Source: an uncultured Clostridia bacterium (GTDB taxonomy: Bacteria; Bacillota_I; Bacilli_A; RF39; UBA660). Taken from it: a stretch of 64,000 bases of DNA. The notes beneath the pieces are model-generated. The model ran no database searches. It was not told the DNA's origin and saw nothing but the letters and a program-made list of their open reading frames with translations. Shown piece after piece: positions 36,633 through 49,244 of this stretch. Positions within the stretch are counted from its first letter, which is position 1. Each line of letters begins with the position of its first letter. The stretch spans positions 7,499 through 71,498 of the forward strand of contig CANRVH010000003.1 of the NCBI GenBank assembly GCA_947643225.1, in the 5' to 3' direction. The translations under genes and the position numbers were made by a program.

Positions 36633-36733
36633 ATCACTCTCCTAGAATAATTATAGCATAATATTTAAAAATAAGTTATAATAATTTTATAGTAATAAAT
36701 ATTTAATTGTAAAAATATGTAAGGAGTCTCAAA

Positions 36734-37633
36734 ATGAATATTGTTTTTAAAGTAAATGATGAAATAAAAAAGAAAATGATTGAATATTATAAAGATAAAA
36801 AGAAAGATAAAGAAATTCCCTATGTAGTATTTCAAGCAGTTGATCATGATACAGTAGTAACTTTATATACATCTAATAAAGTAATGTTTCAAGGAGTTAG
36901 TGCCGATGTTGATGCTTCTATGTGGAAGGAAATGATGGGAATCACAGATCAGCCAAAAGAAGACATTTCAAAATATCACAATTGTAATTCCGTAGGAAGT
37001 GATGAAGTAGGAACTGGTGATTACTTTGGACCAATTGTCGTAACTGCAACCTATGTAAAAAAGGAGGACATATCCGATTTAGAAACACTTGGAGTTGGTG
37101 ATTCTAAAAAAATAAATGATGAAAAAATCTTAAAAATTGCTCCCATCATTGCAAAAAAAATTAAATATAGAAGTATTATTCTAAGTAATAAAGAATATAA
37201 TGAAAAATATTCCAAAAATGTCAATATGAACAAAATTAAAGCAATTATGCATAATAAAGTCTTATATCAAATCATAACCGAAGAAAATCCTATCGTTGAC
37301 TATATTATAGTAGATGAATTTGCAAGAGAAAAAAGATACTATGAATACATCAAAGAGTCACCTAATATTCAAAAAAACATTACTTTTATGACTAAAGCAG
37401 AAGATAAAAACTTAGCAGTTGCTTGTGCCTCTATTATTAGTAGGTATATCTTTTTAAAAGAATTTGATAAATTATGCGACAAAATAGGTATTCCTCTTGT
37501 AAAAGGAGCAGGAAAAGAAGTAGATACCATTGGAGAAGAAATAGTCGAAAAATACAATGCTGATATTTTAAAAGATATTGCCAAACTAAACTTTAAAAAC
37601 ACCGAAAGAATTTTACATACCATGATATTTTAA
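36734..37633 (+). CDS. rnhC: ribonuclease HIII
   Basis: N-terminal substrate-binding domain then RNase H catalytic GSDEVGTGDYFGPIVV; ~300 aa typical of RNase HIII. Confidence 0.8.
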   Translation: MNIVFKVNDEIKKKMIEYYKDKKKDKEIPYVVFQAVDHDTVVTLYTSNKVMFQGVSADVDASMWKEMMGITDQPKEDISKYHNCNSVGSDEVGTGDYFGPIVVTATYVKKEDISDLETLGVGDSKKINDEKILKIAPIIAKKIKYRSIILSNKEYNEKYSKNVNMNKIKAIMHNKVLYQIITEENPIVDYIIVDEFAREKRYYEYIKESPNIQKNITFMTKAEDKNLAVACASIISRYIFLKEFDKLCDKIGIPLVKGAGKEVDTIGEEIVEKYNADILKDIAKLNFKNTERILHTMIF

Positions 37634-37674
37634 ACATATCCAAAAATAATATAATGAATTTTTCGTTATTTTTA

Positions 37675-38517
37675 TTATCTTTTTCTTCTTCCTTTTAATG
37701 AATACTGTTTTTCTTTTTCATTTTCTAAAGACGATAAAGACGATATAGATTTACAACTTTTTAAATATAAATTTTCAAGCATTTTAATTTGTTCCTCTGC
37801 ATAAGGATAACCATCCAACACAACACGTTTCTCTTTTCGACTATTTTGATATTCTAGCCTCATCAGCATCATAGCATCTACTATACTCCTTTCATCACAA
37901 TCTTTTTTGGTTGAATCAAAACCTCTTTCAATCAATCGTTTGTATACATGAATTACATTATCACAACTACCATATATAGCAGAATGCATTATGGTATGTT
38001 CATAACAATTAACATGGTTGATATCTAATCCATATTCATATGCACTAGTTATAATATCTGTAATAACCTTCTCACTCCACCAACATTCATCAACAAGTGC
38101 TTGAATAGTATTATTTCCAAAATTATCTAATGCATTTGGGTCTATAGAAAAAGTACATATTAAGGAATCAACAGCCCTAAAGTACTGAAATTCATCAAAG
38201 TCTCGAAATGCATAAGTTGGGATTATATGCAAAATCGAACCACCATTAATATCTGTATAGTCCAAGCCATGAAAAACATTTTCAATCAAATCAACATTTT
38301 TAGAATAATCATTTGTCATATTAGGAATAATTTTCATAATGCAATCTTCTAGAAAGCCATTTTCTTCAAGATCTACATGATAAGGAAAATACTGAAGATC
38401 TAATCTTCTTGCTGTATAAGGACCTATAATCTTATTAGTTCTCTTATCACAGTCTATAATTTCCTTACGTCTATTGTCTAAATTCGAAAAATATTGATCC
38501 ACATTATTAATATTCAC
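37675..38517 (-). CDS. hypothetical protein (280 aa)
   Basis: Clean ORF with C-terminal basic tail; no recognisable motif. Confidence 0.35.
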   Translation of the reverse strand: MNINNVDQYFSNLDNRRKEIIDCDKRTNKIIGPYTARRLDLQYFPYHVDLEENGFLEDCIMKIIPNMTNDYSKNVDLIENVFHGLDYTDINGGSILHIIPTYAFRDFDEFQYFRAVDSLICTFSIDPNALDNFGNNTIQALVDECWWSEKVITDIITSAYEYGLDINHVNCYEHTIMHSAIYGSCDNVIHVYKRLIERGFDSTKKDCDERSIVDAMMLMRLEYQNSRKEKRVVLDGYPYAEEQIKMLENLYLKSCKSISSLSSLENEKEKQYSLKGRRKR

Positions 38518-38625
38518 ATTTAAACCTCCTCACTTACAAAACTTTCTTTCAATTATAACATAAATGCACTTTTTTACAAATTAAAAACAACAAAAAGAAC
38601 TAAACATATCCTGTAAAGTTCTTTT

Positions 38626-39783
38626 TTAGATTCTTTTACTATTCTTCTCTGTAAAAAGACTAAACCTTTCTATTTCTGAATCTACTAAATCAGTTTTACT
38701 TAATTGCTCTATAATTTTCTTTTGTTCCCTAGAAAGCTTTTTAGGTGTAACCACTTTAAAAGTAACATACATATTTCCTTTAGAACGTTTAGCTTTATTG
38801 TCTACACCTTTTCCTTTAATTCTTTGAATATCGCCACTATCAGTTGCAGCTGGAATATTTAGTTTAATAGTTCCATATAAAGTAGGAATCTCCTTTTTAC
38901 ATCCTAAAATAGCTTCTGTAATAGATAAAGGGACATCTAAATAAATATCATCATTCTCTCTTTTAAAATATTCATGTTCTGCTACTATAAACTCTAAATA
39001 CAAATCTCCAGGTAATCCCCCATTTGCACCAGGGTTTCCTTTTTTAGCTACTCGTAAACGATCACCTGATGAAATACCAGCAGGTACATTAATTGTCAAA
39101 GTTTTATGCTTTTTAACTTGACCTTTCCCATGACAATCTGGGCACTCTTTTTCATAAGTTTTACCTGTTCCTCGACAATCTGGACATGTTGATTTAGATA
39201 AAAATGATCCTAAAATCGTATGTTGTTCAGTGGTAATGGTACCACTTCCATGACATTTATTACAAGTTTTAGAATTTAGACCTCCATTTCCTTTACAAGT
39301 TGAACACTCCTCAACAACATCTAATTCCAAATCTTTTTCACAACCATAGATTGCCTCTTCAAAAGTTAAATTCATTCTTCTTAATACATCGCTACCATCT
39401 TGTCTTCTAGGCCCTGATGATCTAGAATTAGAAAAACCTCCTGAAAATCCTCCTCCAAAGAAAGAATCAAAAATATCTCCTAGATCAATATCACTAGCAT
39501 CAAAACCGAAACCAGAACCACCAAAACCACCGAATCCTCCTGCCGAAGAATTTACTCCAGCATGGCCAAATTGATCATATTGCTTTCTTTTCTTTTCATC
39601 ACTCAAGACTTCATAAGCCTCTTGAGCTTCTTTAAATTTGTCAGCTGCAGTTGGATCATCTTTGTTTAAATCGGGATGGTATTTTTTAGCAAGTTTTCTA
39701 AAAGCACTTTTAATTTCACTTTCTGTTGCACTTTTAGAAACTCCTAATACCTCATAATAATCCCTTTTATCCATATTATTCAC
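38626..39783 (-). CDS. dnaJ: chaperone DnaJ
   Basis: J domain with HPD (KKYHPDLN), G/F-rich linker, four CxxCxGxG zinc-finger repeats. Confidence 0.95.
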   Translation of the reverse strand: MNNMDKRDYYEVLGVSKSATESEIKSAFRKLAKKYHPDLNKDDPTAADKFKEAQEAYEVLSDEKKRKQYDQFGHAGVNSSAGGFGGFGGSGFGFDASDIDLGDIFDSFFGGGFSGGFSNSRSSGPRRQDGSDVLRRMNLTFEEAIYGCEKDLELDVVEECSTCKGNGGLNSKTCNKCHGSGTITTEQHTILGSFLSKSTCPDCRGTGKTYEKECPDCHGKGQVKKHKTLTINVPAGISSGDRLRVAKKGNPGANGGLPGDLYLEFIVAEHEYFKRENDDIYLDVPLSITEAILGCKKEIPTLYGTIKLNIPAATDSGDIQRIKGKGVDNKAKRSKGNMYVTFKVVTPKKLSREQKKIIEQLSKTDLVDSEIERFSLFTEKNSKRI

Positions 39784-41575
39784 CTTCTTTACTTAGTTTT
39801 TCATATAAATCAAGTTTAGAATCAAAATATTTAATAGCTTGTTCATAAACTTCTTTTTCTGTTAAGTCTACTCCTAACCTTTTATATACATCTACTGGTT
39901 TAATATCACTACCACAAGATAAAAACTCTTTATATTTTTCTAAAATTCCTTCTTCTTTATTCATAATCTTTTCTGCAAGTACTGTTGCCACTGAAATACA
40001 AATAGCATAATTAAATAAATAAAATTTTGTATAATAATGACTCCTTGTAACCCACATTAAATTAGTATATTCATCATTTTCTACAGTGCCATCACGATAC
40101 AATTTTAATTTGTTCATTACTTGATCATTTAGATATTTAGCTGTTATACTATTACCCTTTCCAACATGATCATACATTGCAAGTTCTAACTGTCCCTCCA
40201 TAACAGCTCCAAAAAAATTATTTTGAAATGTTTGAATAAAGTTTTCTAATCCAATTAATTTTTCCTCTTTTGTTACAGCACTTTCATAAATATAATTAGC
40301 AAGCAAAATTTCATTAGTTAAAGAGGCAACTTCTCCCACTATTATTCCTTGATATCGATACCAAGGTTCAGTGCTTTCATTCAAATATTGTCTGTGAACA
40401 TTATGACCAATCTCATGAACAACAGTAAAAATATTAGTCATCTGACCATTAAAACTTAAAAGAATTCTAGAATTTTGCCTTGCTGTAGAATAACTATAAC
40501 CACCACTGGTTTTTCCCTTATACTGACAATAATCAATATAGTGATGATCAAATACCTTCTTAAGTTTTTTATGATAATCATCACCCAAAACTTGTAAAGC
40601 CTTCAACACCAATTCTTCAGCTTCCTCTATTTCATACTCTTTTTCTAAAATAGACCATTCTAAACGAAGATCATAACCATGAAGTATCGGCAATTTTAAA
40701 ACTTTTTTCATTAATTTATAATACTTCTGATTAATACTCACATTATTTTCAGCCACTTGTTGAAGTGCTATAAAAATTTGACCATCTAAATATTTATTTT
40801 CTAAGTATTCACTCCATGGATTATCATATTTTCTGATTTTAGCCAAATTAATACTATTTTTCACATAACTATTTAACAAAGCACTTTCTGTTGTTTGATA
40901 TCTAGCTAGTACTTCTCCAAATTTAGTCGATGCCTCTTTCCTGACTTTTTCATCTTTATTTCTTTTTAGGAGCCCTATATTATTAGAAGCAATTTCTATT
41001 TCTTCTTGATCTGAAATTTTAACCTTACCATAATCATGTTCCAAATTCAAAAGCGATGAAGAAATACTACTATAACTAGAATAAGTATCGGTTAAAAGAG
41101 AAATTATCTTCTCTTCATTTTCTGTTAGAGTATGTTTCTTCTTCATATAAATATCTTCCAAATAAACCCTAAATTTTTCTAACCCCTTATTTTCCTCAAA
41201 AAGTTCCTTGAAAGATTTCTCATCTAAATTTAAAATTTCTGGAATAGCAAAAGCACTAATTACACCATATTCTGTTAATAAAGATCCAGCTTTTTCTAAC
41301 ATTTCAATATATAATGAATTTTCTAAATCCACATCATGAGATAAATAAGCATAAACATATAAATCATCCATGATATTAGAAATTTCAGTATCTAATAGTA
41401 AAAATTTTTCTAATTGTTTACTATCATTTAAATTCCCCTTATACTCTTCTACTCTAGAAAAAAGTTTTACTACTTGTTCATATTCTTGCTGCCACTCTCC
41501 TTCACTTTTATAAAATTCAGATAAATCCCATTGATATTTTTTCGGTACCTCACTTCTATTTTTGTATTTTTTCAT
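39776..41575 (-). CDS. pepF: oligoendopeptidase F (M3B family)
   Basis: HEIGHNVH zinc motif (HExxH) at the expected position; ~600 aa; starts and ends overlapping/adjacent to dnaJ and dnaK. Confidence 0.8.
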   Translation of the reverse strand: MKKYKNRSEVPKKYQWDLSEFYKSEGEWQQEYEQVVKLFSRVEEYKGNLNDSKQLEKFLLLDTEISNIMDDLYVYAYLSHDVDLENSLYIEMLEKAGSLLTEYGVISAFAIPEILNLDEKSFKELFEENKGLEKFRVYLEDIYMKKKHTLTENEEKIISLLTDTYSSYSSISSSLLNLEHDYGKVKISDQEEIEIASNNIGLLKRNKDEKVRKEASTKFGEVLARYQTTESALLNSYVKNSINLAKIRKYDNPWSEYLENKYLDGQIFIALQQVAENNVSINQKYYKLMKKVLKLPILHGYDLRLEWSILEKEYEIEEAEELVLKALQVLGDDYHKKLKKVFDHHYIDYCQYKGKTSGGYSYSTARQNSRILLSFNGQMTNIFTVVHEIGHNVHRQYLNESTEPWYRYQGIIVGEVASLTNEILLANYIYESAVTKEEKLIGLENFIQTFQNNFFGAVMEGQLELAMYDHVGKGNSITAKYLNDQVMNKLKLYRDGTVENDEYTNLMWVTRSHYYTKFYLFNYAICISVATVLAEKIMNKEEGILEKYKEFLSCGSDIKPVDVYKRLGVDLTEKEVYEQAIKYFDSKLDLYEKLSKEGE

Positions 41576-41626
41576 ATTTTTCCTTCCTTTAATGTTAGAA
41601 AAGTCCTAGCTACCTAGAACTTTTTT

Positions 41627-43450
<1,824 letters not shown>

Positions 43451-43468
43451 TCATCTCTCCTTTTTATA

Positions 43469-44119
43469 TTAATCTTCTATTTTATTGATTTTTACTGTTG
43501 CAGGTCTAATAACCCTATCTTTTAATTTATATCCTTTTAATAAAACTTCTGTTACTTCATCCTCATTTTTATCTTTTAAGTTATCAGTCATTAAAGCCTG
43601 CTCTAAATTTGGATCAAATTCTTCTCCAACTCTATTTATTTCGCTAACTCCGAATTTTTTAAAAACATCGTTCATTTGTGAATACATCATTTTAAATCCA
43701 CTTAGAAATTTTGATAACTCATCTGTTAAATCATTATCATCAAGCGATATTGCTCGTTCAAAATTATCAATTATCGGAAGTAACTCTGTAATAATATCTT
43801 TATTAGCATACTTTAATAAATTCTCTGTTTCCTCATCCTTACGACGACGATAATTTATTAATTCTGCTTGACTATATTTAATCTTTTCTGTTAATTCGTT
43901 ATTAGCCTCAATTAATTTCTGATTTTCTTCTTCTAAATTTTTAACTTTTTCTTGTAATTTGTTTTTCTGATGTTTTTTATCTTGATGCTTTCCCTTGCAA
44001 GAACATATACCTTCTTCATCATCTGTACAATTACAATTCTGAGAACAATTACATTCTTTTTCATTCAATTCAAGATTTTCTTCATCTTTTTTATTTTTCT
44101 CTTCTGTCACTTTCATCAC
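43469..44119 (-). CDS. grpE: nucleotide exchange factor GrpE with Cys-rich N-terminal extension
   Basis: C-terminal GrpE core (..NDVFKKFGVSEI..LKGYKLKDRVIRPATV); N-terminus contains CNCSQNCNCTDDEEGICSCKG. Confidence 0.9.
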   Translation of the reverse strand: MMKVTEEKNKKDEENLELNEKECNCSQNCNCTDDEEGICSCKGKHQDKKHQKNKLQEKVKNLEEENQKLIEANNELTEKIKYSQAELINYRRRKDEETENLLKYANKDIITELLPIIDNFERAISLDDNDLTDELSKFLSGFKMMYSQMNDVFKKFGVSEINRVGEEFDPNLEQALMTDNLKDKNEDEVTEVLLKGYKLKDRVIRPATVKINKIED

Positions 44120-45139
44120 CTATTTTTCTATATTTTCTTTAATAAACTCCAACATATTAACAACTCGATCATATTCCATCCTTTTCGGACCAATAATCGC
44201 AATTGTTCCTTCATCTGTCTTCGTTTTATATGTTGTCTTTATAATGGTAACATCATCATCAATTTGATTTTCTTCACCAATATAAATCTCTATATTGTGA
44301 CTACTATCATCACCATCATCTGTTTCTGTAGCCCTTTTCTCTGTAATTCTTCGAAGAGTCTCCTTATCATCAAGTTTATTATAAATTTCTTTAATTTTAT
44401 TGATATCTGCAAATTCAGGAAGTTCAAGAAATTTATTTTTACCGACTACATTCACATGGTTATTTTCAGTAAAATCTGAAAATACATGGTAAAATGCATT
44501 ATAAATTTGTTCATGTTGATCAACATACTTACCTATAATTGGCTTTACTTCAAATTCTAACTTTGTACTCACCTCATCAATAGGAGTACCAATAATTAAA
44601 TTATTAATTAAAGAAACTGTTTTTTCAATTTCTTTTTGGCTAACATCTTCTAAAGAAATTGTCTTATGTTCAACATGACCCTTATCTGTTACAACAATTA
44701 CTGTCATATTTGCTTCATCTATTGGAATTACTTCTATTTTCTTTAACAAATTATCATGTGATGAAGACCCTAAGATTACAGTAGTATAACTTGTCATATC
44801 AGATATTAATTGTAAACTTTTAGAGATACAATCTGATAAAACTAATTCTTGGTTTTTAAAAATTCTCTGAAGCTTCAACATATCCTCAGCTTTCATTTTT
44901 TTTATTTCCATTAAATTGTCAACATAGTAACGGTAACCTTTTTCACTTGGCACACGTCCACTAGAAGTATGTGTCTTCTCAAGTAAACCTATTTCCTCTA
45001 AAGCTTTCATCTCACTTCTAACAGTGGCGGATGAACACTTTAATCTCTTACATATGAGATTGGAGCTTACTGGTTTGGCAAGTTTAATGTACTGTTCCAC
45101 GATTAATTTTAAGATATCATTTTCTCTTTTAGTAAGCAT
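44120..45139 (-). CDS. hrcA: heat-inducible transcription repressor HrcA
   Basis: MLTKRENDILKLIVEQYIKLAKPVSS winged-helix N-terminus; ATG at 45139 after a GGAGGT SD. The listed ORF starts at a GTG inside CIRCE. Confidence 0.9.
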   Translation of the reverse strand: MLTKRENDILKLIVEQYIKLAKPVSSNLICKRLKCSSATVRSEMKALEEIGLLEKTHTSSGRVPSEKGYRYYVDNLMEIKKMKAEDMLKLQRIFKNQELVLSDCISKSLQLISDMTSYTTVILGSSSHDNLLKKIEVIPIDEANMTVIVVTDKGHVEHKTISLEDVSQKEIEKTVSLINNLIIGTPIDEVSTKLEFEVKPIIGKYVDQHEQIYNAFYHVFSDFTENNHVNVVGKNKFLELPEFADINKIKEIYNKLDDKETLRRITEKRATETDDGDDSSHNIEIYIGEENQIDDDVTIIKTTYKTKTDEGTIAIIGPKRMEYDRVVNMLEFIKENIEK

Positions 45140-45153
45140 GCTCTTACCTCCGT

Positions 45154-45180
45154 TTAGCACTACTAATTTATGAGTGCTAA
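45154..45180 (-). promoter_or_regulatory. CIRCE operator (HrcA binding site)
   Basis: TTAGCACTA-CTAATTTAT-GAGTGCTAA versus consensus TTAGCACTC-N9-GAGTGCTAA. Confidence 0.85.
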
Positions 45181-45184
45181 AAAC

Positions 45185-45213
45185 ATTATATGACTATAAT
45201 TAGCAGAAGTCAA
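45185..45213 (-). promoter_or_regulatory. sigma-A promoter of the hrcA-grpE-dnaK-pepF-dnaJ operon
   Basis: Minus strand TTGACT (45213-45208), 17-nt spacer, TATAAT (45190-45185); CIRCE lies just downstream. Confidence 0.7.
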
Positions 45214-45268
45214 GGCTTTTTGCTAACAAAAAAAGAAAAAAGAACAATTCATCTAACTAGAACAACGT

Positions 45269-45481
45269 TTATGGACAAGCAGTTAAATTATTTCTTTTTT
45301 CTTCGGCAAATTGAATTAACTCTTTTTCAACTTTATTGACAAAATCACTTGAAGTCTTTTTAGTAAAACTAATCACACTTAAAAGCATAAAGATAATCAT
45401 CACTGACATAATCAATAAACCATATAACATCGTCGAAATGGCAAAACCCTTGTTATCTGTCATACTCATATTATCACCCAT
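45269..45481 (-). CDS. small membrane protein (70 aa), hypothetical
   Basis: One TM helix; N-terminal DNKGFAISTML is prepilin-like but lacks Glu+5. Confidence 0.3.
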   Translation of the reverse strand: MGDNMSMTDNKGFAISTMLYGLLIMSVMIIFMLLSVISFTKKTSSDFVNKVEKELIQFAEEKRNNLTACP

Positions 45482-45487
45482 TATTTA

Positions 45488-46042
45488 TTATAACACTTTT
45501 TTTAATATAACAATATATTTATCACCATATTTTTTAGACTTTAATTTCTTATAATGTTCAGAATAAATGATCTTTTCTAAATCATCACTTTCACAAATAA
45601 TTAAACCATCTTGAATCAATAGATCATATTGCGTTATTAATTGAATACTTTTTGCAATATAATCGGTTTGATATGGTGGATCTAAAAAAATAATATCAAA
45701 TTTTTGATTTCCTGTTTTCAAACTAGCTAAAGCCTTTTGATAATCCAAATTTAAAACTTGTACCTTCTCTTCTGGAATTGCCAATCTATCTAGATTTTTC
45801 TTAATTATACTAATTGCCCTTTGATTTAAGTCAACTAAGTAACACATCTTAGCATTCATACTAATTGACTCAATTCCCAAATTTCCTGACCCAGCAAATA
45901 AATCTAACACTATAGCTTGATCTATATCAAATTGTATCATAGCAAAAAGAGATTCCTTTACTCTATCCATTGTTGGCCTTGTTTTTTCAAGATGATGTCC
46001 TAATAAAGTTCTTCCTCTATATTTTCCACTAATAATTTTCAT
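45488..46042 (-). CDS. rsmD: 16S rRNA (guanine966-N2)-methyltransferase RsmD
   Basis: LDLFAGSGNLGIE and FLDPPY motifs; 184 aa. Confidence 0.85.
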   Translation of the reverse strand: MKIISGKYRGRTLLGHHLEKTRPTMDRVKESLFAMIQFDIDQAIVLDLFAGSGNLGIESISMNAKMCYLVDLNQRAISIIKKNLDRLAIPEEKVQVLNLDYQKALASLKTGNQKFDIIFLDPPYQTDYIAKSIQLITQYDLLIQDGLIICESDDLEKIIYSEHYKKLKSKKYGDKYIVILKKVL

Positions 46043-46320
46043 AATGAACCCCTTTTATTAGTTAAAATAGATAAATTTTGATTAATTTCTAATATAATAT
46101 AATTTAACTTTGCTTCTAATTCCTTAACCCTTCTAATATCAAGATCTTGCCTTAACTCATTTCTTAAGACTTCACTCCTTGTATTATTATACTCAAAAAT
46201 TCTACTTACTAATTCTTTATTATTCTTTACTTTCATGTAAGCACTTCTCAATTTTTGAATTACTTCCTCATGATCTAAATTATTTTCCAATTTTAATAGA
46301 TAATCATATAAATCATTCAT
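46039..46320 (-). CDS. YlbG-like UPF0298 small protein
   Basis: 93 aa directly upstream of rsmD (= ylbH), as ylbG in B. subtilis. Confidence 0.4.
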   Translation of the reverse strand: MNDLYDYLLKLENNLDHEEVIQKLRSAYMKVKNNKELVSRIFEYNNTRSEVLRNELRQDLDIRRVKELEAKLNYIILEINQNLSILTNKRGSL

Positions 46321-46529
46321 CTTCTTCTCCCAATTTTTCCTTTAATACTAATTCCAATAATTTTTATTATAAAATAAGAAAGCATCTAAACAAATTGTTC
46401 AGATGCCAAAGAAGGTGATACGCACAAACAAGTATACCTTCATGAACAATAAATTGTCCACAAATAAAATATAGCAAACTTCGACAAAATATGCAATAGT
46501 TTTTTGAAAATATATTTTATTTATAACAA

Positions 46530-46568
46530 TTTAAACAAAAATTAAAAGAAGTTTAAGCTACTTCTTTT
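46530..46568 (-). terminator. rho-independent terminator of rpmF with the stop codon in the loop
   Basis: AAAAGAAGT-ttaagct-ACTTCTTTT; on the minus strand followed by AATTTTTGTTT. Confidence 0.6.
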
Positions 46569-46771
46569 ACTTCTATCACTGTTTTTCCTTTATAATTACC
46601 ACATTTAGCACAAACTCTATGAGGTTTAATCACTTCACCACAATTTGTACATTTCGTAACACCAGGAATCTCCATAGCATTATGAGCTCTTCTCATTCTT
46701 TTTCTCGTTTTTGAAACCTTACGGAATGGTACAGCAAATAATTGAATATTTAAAGTCATCATCTTTCTCAC
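46553..46771 (-). CDS. rpmF: 50S ribosomal protein L32
   Basis: AVPFRKVSKTRKRMRRAH...CTNCGE...HRVCAKCGNYKG zinc ribbon; short N-terminal extension before the AVP. Confidence 0.85.
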   Translation of the reverse strand: MRKMMTLNIQLFAVPFRKVSKTRKRMRRAHNAMEIPGVTKCTNCGEVIKPHRVCAKCGNYKGKTVIEVKEVA

Positions 46772-47295
46772 TCCTCTCCAAAATCTTTTAATAATTCATT
46801 AAAGGGGTTACACCGATGAGTATCTGCTTCACTCATCAAACACCACCCATCACCATGAAATTTACTGAGATCCTCGACCTTAGTAAACTTTAAGGGAATC
46901 TCTAGTACAATATTTTCCCACAAAATTTCCAAAATATCAAGAGTATTTGGACAATTTCCTAAAATTTCTTTTAAACTACCCTCTATTTTAAATGAAAAAG
47001 GATAATCAACATCTTCTAAACTAATACTATCAGCAAGCACCATTTCCCCTGAAACAGATAAATCAAGAAAATCATCATCATCTGTTTCCCTTTTAATTAC
47101 ACCGTCGACATGAAGAGATTTAAAATATTTAATATCTGTTTTTTGGTACACTTCTTTTTCAAAATAAAAATCATCATCAATACGAATCTCATCGACAAAA
47201 TTACTATGTAATAAACTTAAATCAACTACCTGCATAGATATCACCATTAACATTATACAAAAACTAAGAAAAAAAGGCAAATACTCATTTATCAT
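46768..47295 (-). CDS. DUF177 (YceD/YlbN) family protein
   Basis: Position immediately upstream of rpmF as in B. subtilis ylbN; acidic protein with C-terminal CxxC-like region; true start probably an internal Met. Confidence 0.5.
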   Translation of the reverse strand: MINEYLPFFLSFCIMLMVISMQVVDLSLLHSNFVDEIRIDDDFYFEKEVYQKTDIKYFKSLHVDGVIKRETDDDDFLDLSVSGEMVLADSISLEDVDYPFSFKIEGSLKEILGNCPNTLDILEILWENIVLEIPLKFTKVEDLSKFHGDGWCLMSEADTHRCNPFNELLKDFGEE

Positions 47296-47366
47296 TCATC
47301 AAATTACCATTTTACAAATTCATTAAACATATGATAAAATATGATAACACAGAAAGAGGTGAAATC

Positions 47367-48509
47367 ATGGCAGTAGGAATCATTGCAGAATATAATCCCT
47401 TCCATAATGGTCATCTATACCATTTAAAAAAAATAAAGGAATTATACAAAGATGAAGAAATCATCTTAGTTCTTAGTGGAAATTTTACCCAACGAGGAGA
47501 ACCATCTATTATTGATAAATGGCAAAAAACAGAAATAGCAAAACTAGCAGGAATTGATTTAATCATTGAACTACCTTTTCTTTATTCTACTCAATCGGCT
47601 GATTTTTTTAGTTATGGTGCTTTAACTATATTAGAAAAATTAAAAGTAGATCAATTTGTCTTTGGAAGCGAAACAGACGATATAGAAACTCTTACAGAAA
47701 TTGCCAAAGCACAAATAGAAAATGAAAATTTTGATCATCTAGTTCAAATATATTCAAAATTAGGAGAAAACTATCCAACAGCCATTTCAAAAGCTTTATA
47801 TGACTTAACAGGAAAAAAAATTAATGCTCCAAATGACTTATTAGGAGTAAGCTATATTAAAACTATTTTAAAAAATCATTATCAAATTAAACCAGTAGCA
47901 ATCAAAAGAACAACTTGCTATCATACAGAAAAATTGAAAAAAATTACTAGTAGTACTACAATTAGAAATACTTTAAAAGAAAAGAAAGAAATTGATATTG
48001 CTATACCAACATACGTCAAAAAGTATTTAAAACAAGAAAATTTACATTTTATAGATGATTATTTTCCTCTTCTAAAATATAAAATTATTACAGAAAAAGA
48101 TTTAAGTATATATCATACAGTAGACGAAGGTATCGATAGATTACTTAAAAAAGTAGTGATGAATTGTTCTAACTATAATGAACTAATACTAAAATTAAAA
48201 TCAAAAAGATACACTTATAATAAGATTTCAAGAATGCTCCTACACATATTAATAGGCCTCACCAAAGAAGAAGCAAACCAACAACAAAACAAAATTCATA
48301 TTAGAATTCTAGGATTCAATGAAAAAGGTCAAAAATATTTAAATCAAATAAAAAAGAAAATAGATATTCCAATATTAAGTAAATTTGAAAAAAATAACCC
48401 TCTATTAGACTTAGAATTAAAATCTACAATAGTATATTCCCTACCAAAAGATAATCAGAAACTAATCAAAAAAGAATTTCAGAATCAATTAAAAAAGGAG
48501 ATAAAATAA
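47367..48509 (+). CDS. tmcAL: tRNA(Met) cytidine acetate ligase TmcAL (YlbM family)
   Basis: MAVGIIAEYNPFHNGHLYH nucleotidyltransferase HxGH motif; ATG at 47367 after an AGAGGTGA SD. Confidence 0.8.
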   Translation: MAVGIIAEYNPFHNGHLYHLKKIKELYKDEEIILVLSGNFTQRGEPSIIDKWQKTEIAKLAGIDLIIELPFLYSTQSADFFSYGALTILEKLKVDQFVFGSETDDIETLTEIAKAQIENENFDHLVQIYSKLGENYPTAISKALYDLTGKKINAPNDLLGVSYIKTILKNHYQIKPVAIKRTTCYHTEKLKKITSSTTIRNTLKEKKEIDIAIPTYVKKYLKQENLHFIDDYFPLLKYKIITEKDLSIYHTVDEGIDRLLKKVVMNCSNYNELILKLKSKRYTYNKISRMLLHILIGLTKEEANQQQNKIHIRILGFNEKGQKYLNQIKKKIDIPILSKFEKNNPLLDLELKSTIVYSLPKDNQKLIKKEFQNQLKKEIK

Positions 48510-49180
48510 TGATAAGAACAAAGAAAAAAGGATTACTAATTGTCATATCTGGACCGTCAGGATCTGGAAAAGGTAGTATAATTAAAGACTTACTACAGAA
48601 AAATAAAAACATTTGGTTATCTATTTCATGTACAAGTAGACAACCTAGAGGAAACGAACAAGATCAAGTAGAATATTACTTTCTAACAAAAGAACAATTT
48701 GAGGATAAGATTCAAAATAATGAAATGCTAGAATATGCCCAATATGGAGATAATTATTATGGTACTCCAAAAGAGTATATAAAAAGTCATTTAGATCAAG
48801 GGGAAGATGTCATTCTAGAAATTGAAATTCAGGGTGCCTTAAAAGTTAAAGAACTTTTACCTGAAACTTTATTTATCTTTATCCTTCCTCCTAGTATGCA
48901 AGAGTTAAGAAAAAGATTAGAAGGTAGAAATACAGAAAGTAAAGAAAAAATCGAAAAACGATTCAAAACAGCCTATAACGAAATAAATGAAGTAAGTAAA
49001 TATAACTATGTTGTAGTAAACGATGATATAGAAATTGCTTCAAATAAAATCAACTCTATTATTACAGCAGAACGTTGTAGAGTAGATCGTATCGAAGAAG
49101 TTTATCTAAACACACCTGAAGAAAAAGTCCATGAAGATATAGTAGATAAAAACTTTAAAAATGAAGAAATAAACATATAA
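48509..49180 (+). CDS. gmk: guanylate kinase
   Basis: LLIVISGPSGSGKGS P-loop; ..CTSRQPRGNE..YYF..; 223 aa. Confidence 0.85.
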   Translation: MIRTKKKGLLIVISGPSGSGKGSIIKDLLQKNKNIWLSISCTSRQPRGNEQDQVEYYFLTKEQFEDKIQNNEMLEYAQYGDNYYGTPKEYIKSHLDQGEDVILEIEIQGALKVKELLPETLFIFILPPSMQELRKRLEGRNTESKEKIEKRFKTAYNEINEVSKYNYVVVNDDIEIASNKINSIITAERCRVDRIEEVYLNTPEEKVHEDIVDKNFKNEEINI

Positions 49181-49244
49181 AAAGGATATAACGAAAACTT
49201 ATATCCTTTTAAATTATACTTTTATGATAAAAAGAGCAATTGAT

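Noticed and set aside
36665-36847. 60-aa minus-strand ORF between cvpA and rnhC
   Set aside because: Overlaps the rnhC start and promoter region; F/I/Y-only composition.
43485-44479. Plus-strand ORFs (122 and 169 aa) overlapping grpE and hrcA
   Set aside because: Antisense shadows of two well-supported heat-shock genes; F/I/L-rich translations.
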